Shown here piece after piece: positions 37,401 to 52,400 of a DNA stretch of 64,000 nucleotides. Position 1 is the stretch's first letter. Every line of letters begins with the position of its first letter. The stretch spans positions 17,050,001 to 17,114,000 of the forward strand of contig OY740799.1 in assembly GCA_963514005.1 (NCBI GenBank), written 5' to 3'. The notes under the pieces were generated by a model that was given only the letters and a program-made list of their open reading frames with translations, was not told the origin of the DNA and did no database searches. This DNA comes from Raja brachyura (Eukaryota). Made by a program: the position numbers and the translations under genes.

Positions 37401-40400
37401 AAATGCTCCTTATCTCAAAACTGCCCAGAAACCAACATCACTTTCCCTAATACCCCCTAGATGTTACACATTATAATATACAACTAAGGGGCCTCTTGCT
37501 CACACCAAAGGAATGTATGATCCAGGGAAGCTTCAGCAACAGTCACTGTTGTAACAAAAGCTAAGAGCCCATCAACAGACAGAGGGGAATATGATCCCGT
37601 GAAAGGACTGTTTCACTTTAAGCCGTGATCACATCTAGGCAAATCATTTCCTCAACATTTCTCAAAGTTAAAAAAGATATTTCTCATCTTCACTTGGAAG
37701 AGAGCAGGGAATCTTGCAACACAAGGGAGGAAAGGTAGGGCAAGATCCTTTTATTAGCAATGAAAACATGAAACAACAAATGTAGGAGTCAGGGATCAGT
37801 CCCCAATATCAGTCTGCCTGGATGACAGAGACTGGGTATTCTTTTCTGCAAGTCCATTAACTTTCACCACAAATGCCCCACGTGCCTACAGGTTTGCAAA
37901 AGGCCGGTGGGGTTACTTCACCAGAAATGGAACTCAGAATGACTGGGAAACTAAGTTCAAGAAAATAGGCAATATGTAAAACTTCAAACAGATACGGCAA
38001 GCATCGCTCACCATCTTCATAGGCTGTGTACTCCACATGGTAGGTGCCATCAACATTGTCTTTGATGTAACTGTCAGTAATGGCTCCAGAAGGATTAACT
38101 ATACGAATCTTGATGTGGCTCCCACCAGTCTTGTTGATAGATCGACAGTCCACAGTAAATTCTGTGGTGACCTCCCGGAGTACCCCTGAAAATGAGAGTC
38201 AAAATGGGATTAAATCTTCTTTACCCCCACCACAGCCGTGATCCTGTTCTTCTGATCATTTCCACGACAGGTCCTCAATACCTACTAACAACCCCAGCAA
38301 TCCCCCCACACCCACAAATGACTTGATGTCATTGAATAGTTACAGACACTCCCCAAAGAGGATAGCTTTCCACCAAAAGACTCTCCCAACCTCAGAGACC
38401 AGCTCTCCATCTGGACCTTTCCCCCCCAGCCACTGGAAAATCTTGGAATCAATAAAATGAAACCAATTCTGCAAACAATTTAATTGCTTGCTTATTCCAT
38501 CACTTTGTCTCAAAAATAGCATTTTCCCAAATTTAGCTTCTACTGCAGGATCCACACATAGCAAGAGTAGGTGCGGGTGTAGATTGTCTTACCACGAGGC
38601 TCCACTCCTGGTCCAAACACCTTAACTCCTGCTGTGTCAATTGCTGGATCGACCCTGACACGAGCTGGGAACTTGGGTACGGCATGCCCACCGTACTTGA
38701 TGGTAATGGTGTACATCCCATGGAACGGTGGGATATAGGTGATGGTATAGGTGCCGTCGCTGTTATTCTGAATGTGAACCTCCGCCTTCACACCAGTCTC
38801 GGAGATGATCTCGATCGTCAGCTCAGCCTCCCCAGCCTTGGAACAATCCACAGTGAATGTTCCTGCCTCATCAACCTTGCCGCGCTCGAGCCCAGGTCCG
38901 CTGGCAGTGACCTTGCTCGGGTCAAAGACAGGCTTGATGTCCGCCTTGAAGGGGGAGCCAGGAATATGGGCTTCAGCAAACAGGATGTTGACTGTGTATT
39001 CACCTGGCTCAGTTGGAAGGTACGAGACGGAGCAGGAGCCATCACCATTATCTTGGCACTCAATTTTTGCTTCACAAGGACCTTCCACAGTCAATCCAAG
39101 ACCACCGGTGCCAGCACCCTTGGTATCAATGGCAAAGGGAGCTGCTTTTCCAACCACACCACCTTTGAGACCTGGCCCATAGGCCCGCACCTAAAATACA
39201 ATAAAAATGCCTCATTTAACTCCCTCAGACCCACGCAGTCATGTGTGGTCCATACAGAATGTCAAACTGCAATTGCTCTGACAGAACTATCATCTCTGGG
39301 AAGCTTTATTCAAATATTGCACATGCTCAGGACCCTCCACGGTGTCTTTACTGCCAATCGAGTATTTTTGGCCATGTGGTTAGGATCATTTGGACTCTTG
39401 TGTGTGGTTCTCGTCATTGCCGCATTACAGGAATAATGTGGAGGCTTTGGAGAGGGTGCAGAAGAGCATCACCCTGATGTGGCCTGGATCACAGAATATT
39501 CGTTTTATTAAGGACCAATTGAGCAATCATGCATCGCTTTAGCTGGAACAGAGGATGAAGACGAAAGTTTTAAAAGATAATTTGCAAGTCGCGTATTTAT
39601 AAAATATCTAGTGGTACAGAGATGGTAGAGGCTTGGAGCACATGGCCAGGAGTGGTGCTGGAACCACATACAACAACATTTAAGAGGCAGGGATATGAAT
39701 GGTCAGCGGATGGAGGGATATAGACCATGTCCAGGCCAACAGGATCAGTTTGAATTGGCATCATGGTGAGCAGAGATGTGGTGGGCTGAAGGGCCTGTTC
39801 CTATGCTACACTGTTCTAAATGCTACGACACAAGAAAAGCCATGAACTATAAATCAAGCTCTCACAAAGTGGAAAGTAATAATGATCTCTTTGTTTCTGT
39901 GATATTGACAGAGTCCGAATATTGGCCAGGACCTGCCTCTTTGGGACGGGAACACAGGAGAATTGCCGGGGGAGGGGGGTGTTGCAGAACAGAAAGAGCA
40001 TTATTAATTCTGTATCAGAATGAACAGAAAATTAGAGTCAATATGGTTGATAATTTCAGGGTTGGTGGGGTGGGAGCAGAAAACATTTTCAGTTCCACAA
40101 GCACACAGGATGTCCAACATTGAGCCTTCAGTGTTAGACAGAGCTCGTGCAATGCAGTGAGCCACTGCTGCATTGGTGTCCTCACCTTGGTGGGGTCAGG
40201 AGGCATGACTCCCTCCACAGTGAAGGGGCTTCCAGGAACTGGATGTCCATCGTAGCTAACGTCCACCTTGTATGGTCCCTCCTCAGGCGGCATGTACTTG
40301 ACCGAGTAAACATCGCTGGTAGGTCCTGTCTCCACCTTGCACGGGATGGGACGGCGGGATGGAGATGTGATCTTCACGTCAACCTTCCCCTGTCCCCCTG

Positions 40401-43400
40401 CACCTCGAGTATTGACACTGAATTCCTGATCCTTCCCCACATCAACTTCTGCAACACAAACACACAATATGAGGGTGTCTTTAGCAGAGTAGCATATCCT
40501 GCGGCAGTTTAAAAGATGAATTATTTTACAAAAGACCAAGCTGAACCACGGAATGCAACATCAAAGGGCAGATATCGGAAGCCTCTGTTCAGATACTGAA
40601 CTCCCAGCCCTCACTGGTGATCAGAGTTGTGGTAATGTTGCCAGTCAAAGAGGCACATTTGGAAGAAAAAAGCTGAAATTTTAAGATACATTTTTAGAAC
40701 TCTGGACCTCTGCAGCTGAAGAAATCACCAGCAACAGCGGAGCAATTAAAAGATGGAGAATTAGTTAGATGCCAGATTTCAGCGGGCCAGCAGATGACAG
40801 GCTGGAAGGGCAATGGTGATGCAAGGGACAAGGCACAATGGGTGAAAAGACAAAACACAAGGAATTACACACCAATACTTAGCAGAGAGTGAGCGGCAGG
40901 ACAGACCAACTGCAGTTTTTGATATATACAAAGCATGAGTGCTTACTGTGGAAGAGGGTCATGCTGAGATACCTTGGGCACATTCCTACCAGCCTCAACT
41001 GATACAAGCCAATAGTTTCTAAGCATGATGACAAAAGATATTCACCAAGTGTTTATGCTTACTGTTATTTAGTCCCTGAACCTTGACCTTGTTCAGGTCA
41101 AGAGGTGGAGCCACATTAACGGTGAATGGACTCTTCGGAACCTGGTCGCCTCCATAGGTCACCGTCACCATCATGTTGCCCTGCAACAAGACCACAGCCC
41201 AATGATTGTTACAAGAGACATCAGTAAACTTTTAGTCACTGCATGCAATGCCCAACCCCAAGCTCGTTTAACTAACCAAACCCAGACATTTGCCACAGAA
41301 GATAACCAACTACACCAATCGGTGCACAATTCCCCATTCCCAACACAATCCACGGGATACAACTTGCCACTGGATTCAAACACTGTCCCACTGGGTGCAA
41401 ATCCCAACCCCATCTCAACTTTCAGCCCATCATCATTCCCCCACCTGCTGCACAGCAGTGTATTTCACTGTGTAGGAGTAGTCATGGTTATCGATGATCT
41501 CAAAGTCACGAACAGCCTCTCCCTTCGTGGCTCCAGTGAACTGCACATCCAGTGTGGCTTTGCCAGCGCCTTTGGTGTTGACCGTGAAATGAGTGGGTTT
41601 CCCGACCTCGACACCTGTAAACAACATACATGGTTTATTCAGAATTCAGTACCGATCCATAAACTCAGACATCTGCAACCAATACCCACCCCATGTCTCA
41701 CACTTATCCCACTGCTTTTATCAATATACCCACACAAACCTGTATCCATGACACCAGCCCCACTCCCAATTATGCCACACCCAAAAGTGAGGGTTTGTAC
41801 ATTAACACAGGTCTTAAGCACTGGGCTCAGTCTGTACATGATGGTCAGGTTTAGAATTAGACATCGAGGCCTCTTGCCCATTGAACCTGCACTGTCACTG
41901 ACCAAATGGTTTTGGATGATATGGGTTTGAGAATTAAATTTCTTACAATTCAGTGTGGGAGATGTTATTTACTGGTAAGTCCAGGATTGTCCTGGAGGCT
42001 TGGTGACCCACTAAATGATCACACCTCACACAGTCGATCAGCTTTGCCTCACCAGTCCGGCTCAGTCCGGGACCTTCAGCCTTGACCTTTCCAGCGTCGT
42101 GGGATGGCTCCACTTTAATGCAGAATGGGCTGATGGGAATCTCCTGTAAATAAATTGGACAGACTATGATTAGGGTAGATACAAATGCCACGGATGGTAG
42201 TTTTTTTTGGGGAGGGGTTGGTTGGTGAATAAAAATGCATGCGCCAAAACAGGGACTACGGAGATTAAAAAGGGCAATGCACTGCATTGTTCTATTAAAT
42301 ACAGTAAATGCTGTATTTCAGACAATACTTTGACAATTAATTAACCAGGCTCTGCCACCCTCTATCCATGCCACCCATGCCTCTCAAAAGGAACATACCC
42401 ATGAGGAGCAGTGGCCTACTTATTCCCTTGATGCTGCCCTGCCATTCATAGACCAATCATTCATCATTTATGTCCAATTAGATTGCACCCTTAAGTCCAC
42501 AGTCCCTCCTACCCACTAATCTATCACACTTCCACTTCTCCAACCCTCCGAGACACTATGTTTCCCCAGCACCCCCTCGGAAAAGACCCCTCCTTTCTAA
42601 ACAGTGACCTCCTATTTCTAGATTCTCCTCCTAAAGAAATCACATCACACCCCACAAGGAGCAAAATGTCCAACTGTTATTTAAACTAGGGAATTAACGA
42701 GGGTAGACAAAAATGCTGGAGCAACTCAGCGGGTGAGGCAGCATCTATGGAGCGAAGGAATAGGTGACATTTTGGGTCGAGACTCTTCTTCAGAATTAAC
42801 GGGTGCCTTTTGTCGGCAATGGTCACCGTAATTACACGGCAAGTGTAATCCCATGTGCAGTAATGAGCAAAATGAACACAACCTTAATAATGTGGGCTCC
42901 AGTTACAAGTTGCAAGTGTCTAGGGGAGTAGCTGATAGGTCCCCGCACAGCCTCTGAGCAACCATCATGCTCCCCCAACCCTATGCAGTGTTGGGCTCAA
43001 GTTAAATGCATACACCCATACACAAGGCAACATTCTTACTCCACCATGCCAAACTGCTTGAAGAATTTACTCTTTTTACAAATCTATTTGTTCAATAAGC
43101 CAGAACAAGCTCTCACAAGCACTAAATCTGCTCCATTTTACAAGGTCCTGGAGATAACTAATCACACCTTATTCAGAGCTGAACGACATTCAGCATGATC
43201 TGCAAGTTAGTTTTAGATCTGCAAGCTCAGAACCTTGGGTTTTATCCTGAAGAGGCCTGGAATTGTGCTGCAGCTGGATGAGGTCTGGATACACCCCACT
43301 CTGGGGACTACACCTCAATGCCGTAGTGCAAATTTACCAGAATAATAATAACGTACTCCTGTGGATTAAGGCAAGATGGTACCTGGACTAGAGTTTCATG

Positions 43401-46400
43401 GAGTGGTGTGATTCAGGTATTAAAGTCAGAAAGGATTGATTTGACAGATGGAGAGAAATCTCTTCTGAAGACGGGAGGGGGAGGGGTGGCAGGAATCTTA
43501 AACTTCAAACTAGGGAGTCCAAGGGAGATGACAGGAAAGCAGTCTTCATCCTGGTTTGTGGAAGTCTGCAACAGTCCCACAAAAAGCAAGAAGTTGGAGA
43601 TTTCAGAGTTGTGCTGATAAATCTTGGTGGAAATGGTGGTAGGTAAACCATCAGGGCAAGACTGGATCAAATTCAGGAGGTTCTCCAGCTACTGCACAAC
43701 CCTTCAAGATTTACCAACAACCTAGTAAAGAGTGCTTATTTTAACTAATCACGTAATTAATTGCGCAATCATCCACCTTCATCTTCTACCTGACACACAA
43801 TCCTCAATCACGAGTCTTTACCCGTCTATAGAACAAATACCAGACTGATTCCTCACCTCACTCCACCCACAGATTCTTCCCGTTTACCCTCAATACCAGG
43901 TAGAGCAGACATCGAGAATCACAGGTTTTAATGAACCGAGAAGGACAAACAGCTTGCATCTCCTTTGGGAGATGCAATCGCCAACCCATAGTCCTCATAG
44001 GGCAAGCAAGGAACTCCCAGCAATGGTGCAACAGAGTCCAAGCAGCATTATGTACCTGGTCAGCAAACAGCACCATGATGGTGTAGCGCCCAGCAGCCGG
44101 CGGAGTGTACTTCACTGTGAAAGTGTCATTGTCATTCTTGATGATGTCGAAATCGATGTCAGCCTCAGCTGGTCCCACAACCCCTGGCGCACACTTGATG
44201 CCAATGCTCACATCACCTGTTGGAGAAGAGGTCACAGGTCAACCCAGCATTCACCCAAGCCTATATTATGGTTTGTAATATTGAGGACCATGCTGTTATA
44301 CATCTACAATAATAAACCATATTTATCGGCATCATCTCAGAATTAACAGCTTACAAGAGGTCTGGATCTAAAGAAAGGTCTCGACCCAAAATGTCAGTCT
44401 GAAGAAAGTGCTTGACCAAAATGTCACCTATTCAGTTTCTCCAGAGATGCTTCCCGACTAGTTGATCCAGCACTTTGTGAGCTTATGTATTAAACACCAT
44501 CTGCAGTTCTTTGTTTCTATCCTCCATTACTTGTTCTTCAAATCCCTTTGCATTCCTTTGCCATACAAAGCATCCCATCCAGATGTATCACAGCTTGATT
44601 TGGCAACTACTCTGCTTAAAACCACAAATTGCATAGTTGTAGATGCAGCCCAGTTTATTAAAAAACCATCCTCAACCCACACCACCACACCAAAACAGAC
44701 TCCAACCACAAGTCACATTGCCTAGGGAAAGCAGTAAACATACAGACCATTCACACCCCAACCACTCTCTCCGCTCTCCCCTCATTGGGCAGAAGAAGCA
44801 AAAGGAAGACCAATTACCACCAGATTCATGAAAAGCTTATTTCCCCACTATTATCAGATTCTTGATCAGACCCCTCATTTGCTAGGCATAGATTCCTGAC
44901 CTTCCAATCCACCTCACTGCAACCCCTGCACTTTTTTGTATATTGACACTTTCTCTGCAGTTGCAACACAACATTCTAACAGTTTCCTTTCTCATCTGCG
45001 TTACCTGTTGTACTCATGTGGAGAGCGATTTGTCCATAGTACACACAAAACAAGGTTTTTCACCGTTTCACAGTAACCACAACAATAATGAACCAATACC
45101 TAGCCTTCTTCCATGCTTCGACTGTTTCTGATACCTATGACGTAGCAATTTCTCCATAACATCATCCCTTATTAACTGGTTCTTACCCCACCCCCCCAAA
45201 AAAAACGTCAGCATTTAGTTTGTAGTTGTTGGGTTTATCCCGCTACTCTGAAAAACAACGGCAGGACCTGGGTGGAGGATACCCCAGGGACTCACCTTGA
45301 CCAGCTTCACTGCAGTCCACTGTGAAGTAAGTGGGTTCATTGGCCTTTAGTCCAGTTTTTTCTACACCTGGTCCATACACCTTCACCTTCTGTGGATGAC
45401 ACCCTTCACCCACAGATACCTGCGGCACATGCAAAATGCAAAAGTTACCACACAGTTAACTCGGAGCATATTCCACTGCAATGCAAAGGCTGGAAAGTGA
45501 GAAGCACGGGACCAGTAGCGGAGTGTTTAACAAATCAGTCCGTTGCAGACCCAGTTAAACTCAATATGCAGAACCAAGTCCATCCCCACCATTTACCTCC
45601 CTTTGTGCTGCTCATTGACTCACCACTCCCCTTCGTACCCATCACTATCACACAGGCTCATCCCATTCCCTCTCCTGCTCGTCACTGCACCCACCAATTT
45701 TCATCTTATTGGCCCAATCCCACTGATTTAATTGACCATCATCACCCATGTGGACGTCAAGACCAGTCACCTGGTTTCTAGATCGTGCCTCCATCTCTAT
45801 GGCCTCCCTTTGGTGCGATGGACCCTTCATACCGCCACCTGCCCCTGCACACCCTCCCTCTCCCCACTTACTCTGAAGGGACTGTTCGGGACATTGACCG
45901 AGCCCCAGCTGATGATGATCGTGTGTTTGATGGGCTTCTGTGGCACATACACGCAGAAGAATGTGTTGTCCCGGTTATCTTTGATCTGGATGTCGATAGG
46001 AACACCCTCTGCATCCTTGAGAGAAACAAACAGAAATCAGGGCAAGCTATTGCTGAGAATCCTAAAACACTCGAGTAAAAACTCATGAAACCTATTCAAA
46101 TAGAAAATTCCCACTACTTTTCCAACATGCTGACAGGTGCTTCAGTTTGCAGATATTGATCAGGAAGTCCACTCCCACATCTCTGCCCACCTCCCTGACC
46201 ACCACTGGCATTCACCAGGACGTCACGTCATTACCTGTGCATAGATCTTGAGTTCACCCTTGCCAGCTGCCCGAGCATCAATAGTAAACTCAGCCGGTTT
46301 GTTCACAATGCAGCCAGTTGGTTCCAGACCCGGGCCAAAAGCCTTTACCTGAGAGCAAGATTGGCAAAACATTATTAATAGTTACGTCACCCACCAAAAA

Positions 46401-49400
46401 TCCATGTTAAAAGGAAAACAGGAACTAATCCACATGGTTAAAGTGACTACAGATGCTGGAATCTGGAGCAAAATAACACACTCATCAGGAAGCATCCGGA
46501 AGGAAGTGGATAGTTGACAGGACGCATGTTTTCTATCCTAAAAGCTAACTGTCCTTTGGTCTCCAAGGATGCTGCTTAACCCCAAGTTCCTCCAGCAGTT
46601 TGTATTTTGCAACCATGGGTTTTGTCAGCTAGATGTGGTATTCTCATACAATAAGCATTCAAACCAAGGAAAACACCTCTAACTGTCACCTTCAAGTCCT
46701 GAGCATATTATCCATCTTGACAATTCAGTGCCCAACTGAGGACCTACAAGTGCTAGTGCAGGGAATTGTAGCACTAAGGATACACAGCCACAGCCTACAG
46801 TTAGCTCTATACAACAAGGCCCTGTTGGTCATCTTGGGTGAAGCATTATAATCTACTGCTGGCAGAGGACACAGGATCCCCAGGTTTAAAGTTATGCACG
46901 AGACACACCCAGATTGGCAGATATTTCTCTTCACTTTTTGGGCAAAATTTTACCAAATCCAATCTTCTCATTCGAGTTTATGCAAATTTCCCTCTTGAAT
47001 TTAACAGTGGTCATGTTTGTGGGATGTTTGACCTCGTCCACAGCCAACAGGTTGAGCTTGATTATGTCAAAATATTTCATTCACTCATTTTTGAATTGTT
47101 TGTAAACTTCAAAACGTGCTCCCTGCAGCAAATTCCAAAGTCTCAAGAGAGTAATCACACCACCGATCCAGTCGATCCCCAGGCCCCTGCCCGTGCCACA
47201 CAATTTCTCTACACTCACCTTCTCTGGGAAGCTTTCATTGTTTGCCGGCAGGATGTGAGCCATGAAGGGACTATCTTTAATATCTTCATCATCACAAATC
47301 ACATGCACTGCATAATCACCAGGCTCAGTGGGCCAGTATCTCACATCACACGACCCGTCTCCTTTATCATCACACTCGATCTTGGCCTGTGAGGGACCTT
47401 CAATGGAGAAACCTGGACAAAGAATGATACAACCAATCGTTGTCAGAGATAAGAGGCCACAAGCTGTTAGACATTCACACAAACTAAATGTCAATCTCAA
47501 GAAGCAACTACAGCACATTCCTTTGTTTTTTGCATAAAAATCCAAAACATTTGGAATTAAATCTTTGAAATTTTTTACAAAATTATTTAAAATAAAACTG
47601 AAACCAAATGCAGAACTGATTATTTTTGGAACAATGGAAGCCAGCTTTGAGCTGACTTCGTTCCAAAAGAGTTTCCCTAATTATGGCAAAAAAACGCATA
47701 CTTAAATTCTGGAAAAACGCTCCCACAACAACGGTAAAAATGTGGATTTCAAATGTGTCCGAAATATTACACCTCAAAGATATGAGATTCATCCTAGCAG
47801 GCAAATCAGACCAATTCCAAAAAATTTGGTCTCCATTTATCGACTTATTACAAGCATAGGGTGCAACATAACTTTGAAAATAAATGGTTTCAGGACCTGG
47901 TGAGGGGTGTGTAAAGATACGAAGTAGGTACACGTGTTCCTCGTTTCGACGGGTTCTTCATTTTCACGCACTTACTATCTTATCTAACTTTCTCTATTTT
48001 TCTTCTTCTTAAAGTTTAAAACAAGAAGTGGTCCATGAAATGTATTATGTTATTTTTGGCTTGTACTACTGTAATGTACATTACTTCTAATAAAAATAAA
48101 TTTAAAAAAAAAAGACATTCACACAAACAAGACACGCACGGCAAGACAGGCAAAGCACAGAAAACTCATCCTGATGTATTTCTAAGTCTCATTATTGCAC
48201 TCGATTGAATGCGGATTGAACAGGGAGGAAATGCAGCAAATATATTGGTTTCAAACCAGTGTTGACCTTAAAAGGGAAGCCTCCCCAGTATGTCAGGAAG
48301 CGACAACACTTACCTAAAGTCCCAACTTCAGTCCCAATGGCCTCCACTACAAAATCTGCTGACTTGCCCACAACACCAGTCTCCAGTCCGGGTCCCCAGG
48401 CTCGCACCTTCTGGGCACCAGCTTCAGGTCCAACCTGCACCTCGAAGGGGCTGGAGGGCAACACATCAATCAGTGAATGCACACCCAACACAACATCTCC
48501 TGGTTACTGCATTAGCATTAGTACAAAAGATTGCTGAAATTATACTGAAAACACAAACATGAAATCTGTCCTAGTGTTATGCCGAACATTTATTTGTGTT
48601 GTCAAATACTTTGAAACTGAAAGATTGACTCGGGGTCCCAGAAGAAGACAGACAAACAGAGAGGGACCAGGGATGGGGAGAGGCGTTTCTGTGGACGTTA
48701 AGCAAAAATGAAACATTGTTCATTTGATATCCGAATTAAATGAACCACATTTGGTTAAGTATGACTCACCTTCTTGGAATAGCATAACCGCCCCAGGTGA
48801 TGGTCACCACATATTTGCCTCCAATCATCGGATGATATTCACATTCATAGATACCCTCGCCAATGTCACGAACCTTCACGGGTTCATCTGTGCCTTCTGG
48901 AAAGAAAGATACAAGGCCAGTGAGAGGCTTTGGCCAATTGCTGCATTGCCCACATGTGTCCCAATTCTTTTGCCTCAACCCTAGTGCAATGCAAATCATT
49001 CACCAAGACAGTGACTCGGCTTACAATCCAAGGACAAAAGCAAAATGCACAGGCGAGGTATGGAGCAAAATAAAGAGACTGTCCACAGCAGATTCCGGAA
49101 CCAACCCAAAGTGAAAACAGGGAACACTTATTCCATCACTTACCACACACCCTCATACCCCAACCACCTTCTTCCACAACAAATGCCAGGAGACTCACGT
49201 CTCCACCACCAAACAATACAATGACCCTGAAGTTCCAATGTCAAAAGAGCCTGCTAAGATGCCCAGTCCCTACAAGCCAACTTACTGGGTCCTTTGATGA
49301 CAACCTTCAGTTCCCCCGTGCCAGCTCCTTTGGTGAAGACTTTGAAGTCGGTCACTTCCTTGACTCGCACCCCTTTGGGCTGCAGACCTCTCCCCGAGGC

Positions 49401-52400
49401 TCGACACGCATTGGGATTGCATGCTGCAAGAAACACGCCAGTCAGGTTAATGTCAACCCATCAAATGCACAGAATGCCCACCCAGAGCCTACAGTCCACA
49501 GTCAAATCACAGTAACCACATCTACCAGCATTCCAGAGACATGAGGAGTCAAACCACCTGCTGGCTCAGCAAGCGAATAAACCAGCCGTGTGTGCTCCAA
49601 GACTGTCCCGCAGACAACACACACTAACCTCAGAGGGATATCAAGACACCCACTCAGTACCCAGAACACTGGTAATACTAGTCAGCAAGGCTTGATGATC
49701 AATGGACCAGGAGCGAGAGAGAGGGCCCGACCTCTCCACGTACAGATGACAAATCACCTACCTGTCTGCAAAAGGAAAGCGCGAACCGAGCAAGATTTTA
49801 ATCACGTCTCCATCAAACAAAAAGAGCAACCATAAACAGTGGGAGGAAAAGTAATTTTGGAAAAGTATACCCAAAGTTAACCAGTAACCTACAACCCATT
49901 CCACTCAAGGCCTGGCAGGAGCAGAGCCATTCAGCAGAATACGGCAGCCAACGTGCCCACCTAGAACCACAGCACAGCAGCTGATGACCAAGTTAGTAAC
50001 GACCAGGAACAGGCAGCACTAACCACCCTCTACCCTCAGAGGACTTACACTGACTCAGAGCCAGTGACATCCAGGGCCTGAACTGGCCTCTGAGCCAGTA
50101 CCCTCATGCACAGAGCAGGCAAAACCACCATCCCCCAAGCAGCCCCTTGGACAGACACGGTGTTTACAGATATCATGACCACGCATACAGACAAGCCCAA
50201 CCAGCGTCCCCTTGTACAGACACAAGCAGAGGCAGCCCCTCAGTCTAGGCCAATACTAACGTGCTCGTTTGGGTTTGGGAGGAGGGGGCGGTGCTTTCTT
50301 CGCCTTGTCTGCCGGCGGGGTGCGGATGGACTGAGGAACGATCATAATTGGAGCTGGTGTAGCAGCCTGGGCCAAAGGGGGGGATCCTGAGGTCAGTCCA
50401 AGCACAGAGGAAGAGCATCATGAGGAAGAGAAGGAGAGGTTAAAAGGTGTGAATGGCAAAATCCAGGCTCTTTCCTGCAGTGCAGTGGGATGTGGCAACA
50501 TGGAGCTCCCTCCAAGCTGACAAATCCGCAAAACAGTCCCATTCTCAGAGTGGCCCAAATGCCACCCAATCTCAGTTTTACTGCAACACCTTCACAGCCC
50601 TGGCTCTCAAAATCACCAGCATGGTCTCAACCTCCAAATGTCCACCAACACAGTGGACCCAGCTCCAGGCAGCCATGGTCCAAGCATTCTTGCAGCTTCA
50701 CTATTGTCCCATGCAAAACAGCCCAAACCTAACTTTCCTTATTACACAGCCATTCGCGTGCTAATTCAACAACTACGCACCAGCCATTTCTAACTTTCAG
50801 GACCATCACTTTTTGTTAATCTTGTGTCCCCCCACAACCAGGGGAGCATCTGCAAAGGTTTGATTTAAAAATGAGAGCCTGAGAAAGCAAGATCAATCAC
50901 TCAGGCCAGATTCTTCTATCTTACCAAAACCCACAAAGACAAGCTATTCCACAAAAGAAAGGCGGTTTTATTTTCCTTAATATACACGAGTAACAGCTTC
51001 CCAATGAGATGCATCTGTTCATCACTAAAGTAATTTGTTGGCTGTTCTTGGCAGGCTTCATCGGACAAGACAACAGTCCAAGTTAACTGGTCAACTCTTG
51101 GAGAATAAAAACATATGCTCTCTCATTCTGCAGTCCTCAACCTTGCCCAAGTGCCAAGTGCTTAATAGATAATGTCTGGAAATTAAGCTAGTCAATTGAC
51201 ATGGAAGCATTTTCACGTCTGTTTGGCCAAATCTCCAACCGGGCACAAGTAATTAATTTTTAACTCCAGTCCCCACCATCTCCATAATCATATAATGAAT
51301 GTTTACATGGCTCAATTATTCTAGGAAATTAACACCTTATAAATTGAATCTGTATGGATAGCAAAGCAAGATTCCTTCCCAGAATACTATATCTTAAATC
51401 ATTTGGCTTGGTAACAGTGCTGAAGAATCATGCAATTAGTGTCTAACCATAGAGACAAAACTGATACCACAGGATCGGATCACCAATGGAACATTTCAAT
51501 TAAATTATTGAACTGCTCAGGGCAACAACACTGTCTATTCCCAGTCATATAATAACTTCAGGTTCCATGCTAGAAGCCACCCTCATTCCCGAGAATGTAA
51601 AATGCTTGACAGCACTGTTAGAAAACCAGCGCTCTCATCAGGTGTTCTGGTTGATATTTTAACTCCTTCAGCGTCACATACAAAAAAAATATTAGTTATG
51701 CTGTGCACAATTGGCGACCATGACTCTTTTTGAAATAGTGACTTCACTTGTTGCAAAACATTTGAGCACCCCAGTGTTATGAAAGGGGGCTTTAGAAATG
51801 AAGGTTTTGGGGGGTTTTTTGTTGGGTTTTTTTTTTAAAACACACAAGTGCATACACAGACAGCTTGTGAGAGTTGTCGCATAGACCCACACGATCCATT
51901 CAAAAGATGATCTTTGCGCAAAAGAGAAATAATAAATACACAATTAATGGTATTTCTGACATTGATACAAGGATCAAATCCAATGACAGTTTTCAAAGCG
52001 TCAGCCTTCAATTGCTCCCATCCTCCCTCACAGCCCACCTGCGCTCCTGATTTCTCGCTACTTTCACAAATCCTACAATTCATAAGCTCCATCATGCCCA
52101 GGATACAAACCCCCTCCAACAAAAACGCACTCTCCCTGCCTCACCTCAGATCATCATTCTCACTCCCCTCTGTTCCCAAACATTCACCCTCCTTCACTCT
52201 CCCTGCATTATGTGATCTTCAACCCATCCCCATCTCTTAATCTCTCCTTTGGTTTCTTACCCCATTGTCACCCTTTGCTTGCTCGGCTCTTAGGGAGAGA
52301 AAGAGTAGAGGATGGGGGATGAATGAAAGGCAAAGGCTCCTTGCACAAAGAGCCCACATGTAGTGTGTGGACCTTACCTTCAGAGATGTTCACAGTGAAG

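Noticed and set aside
38684-39436. 250-aa plus-strand ORF (likewise 41202-41930, 46838-47392, 52643-53278)
   Set aside because: Antisense shadows of FLNC exons with no recognisable motifs.
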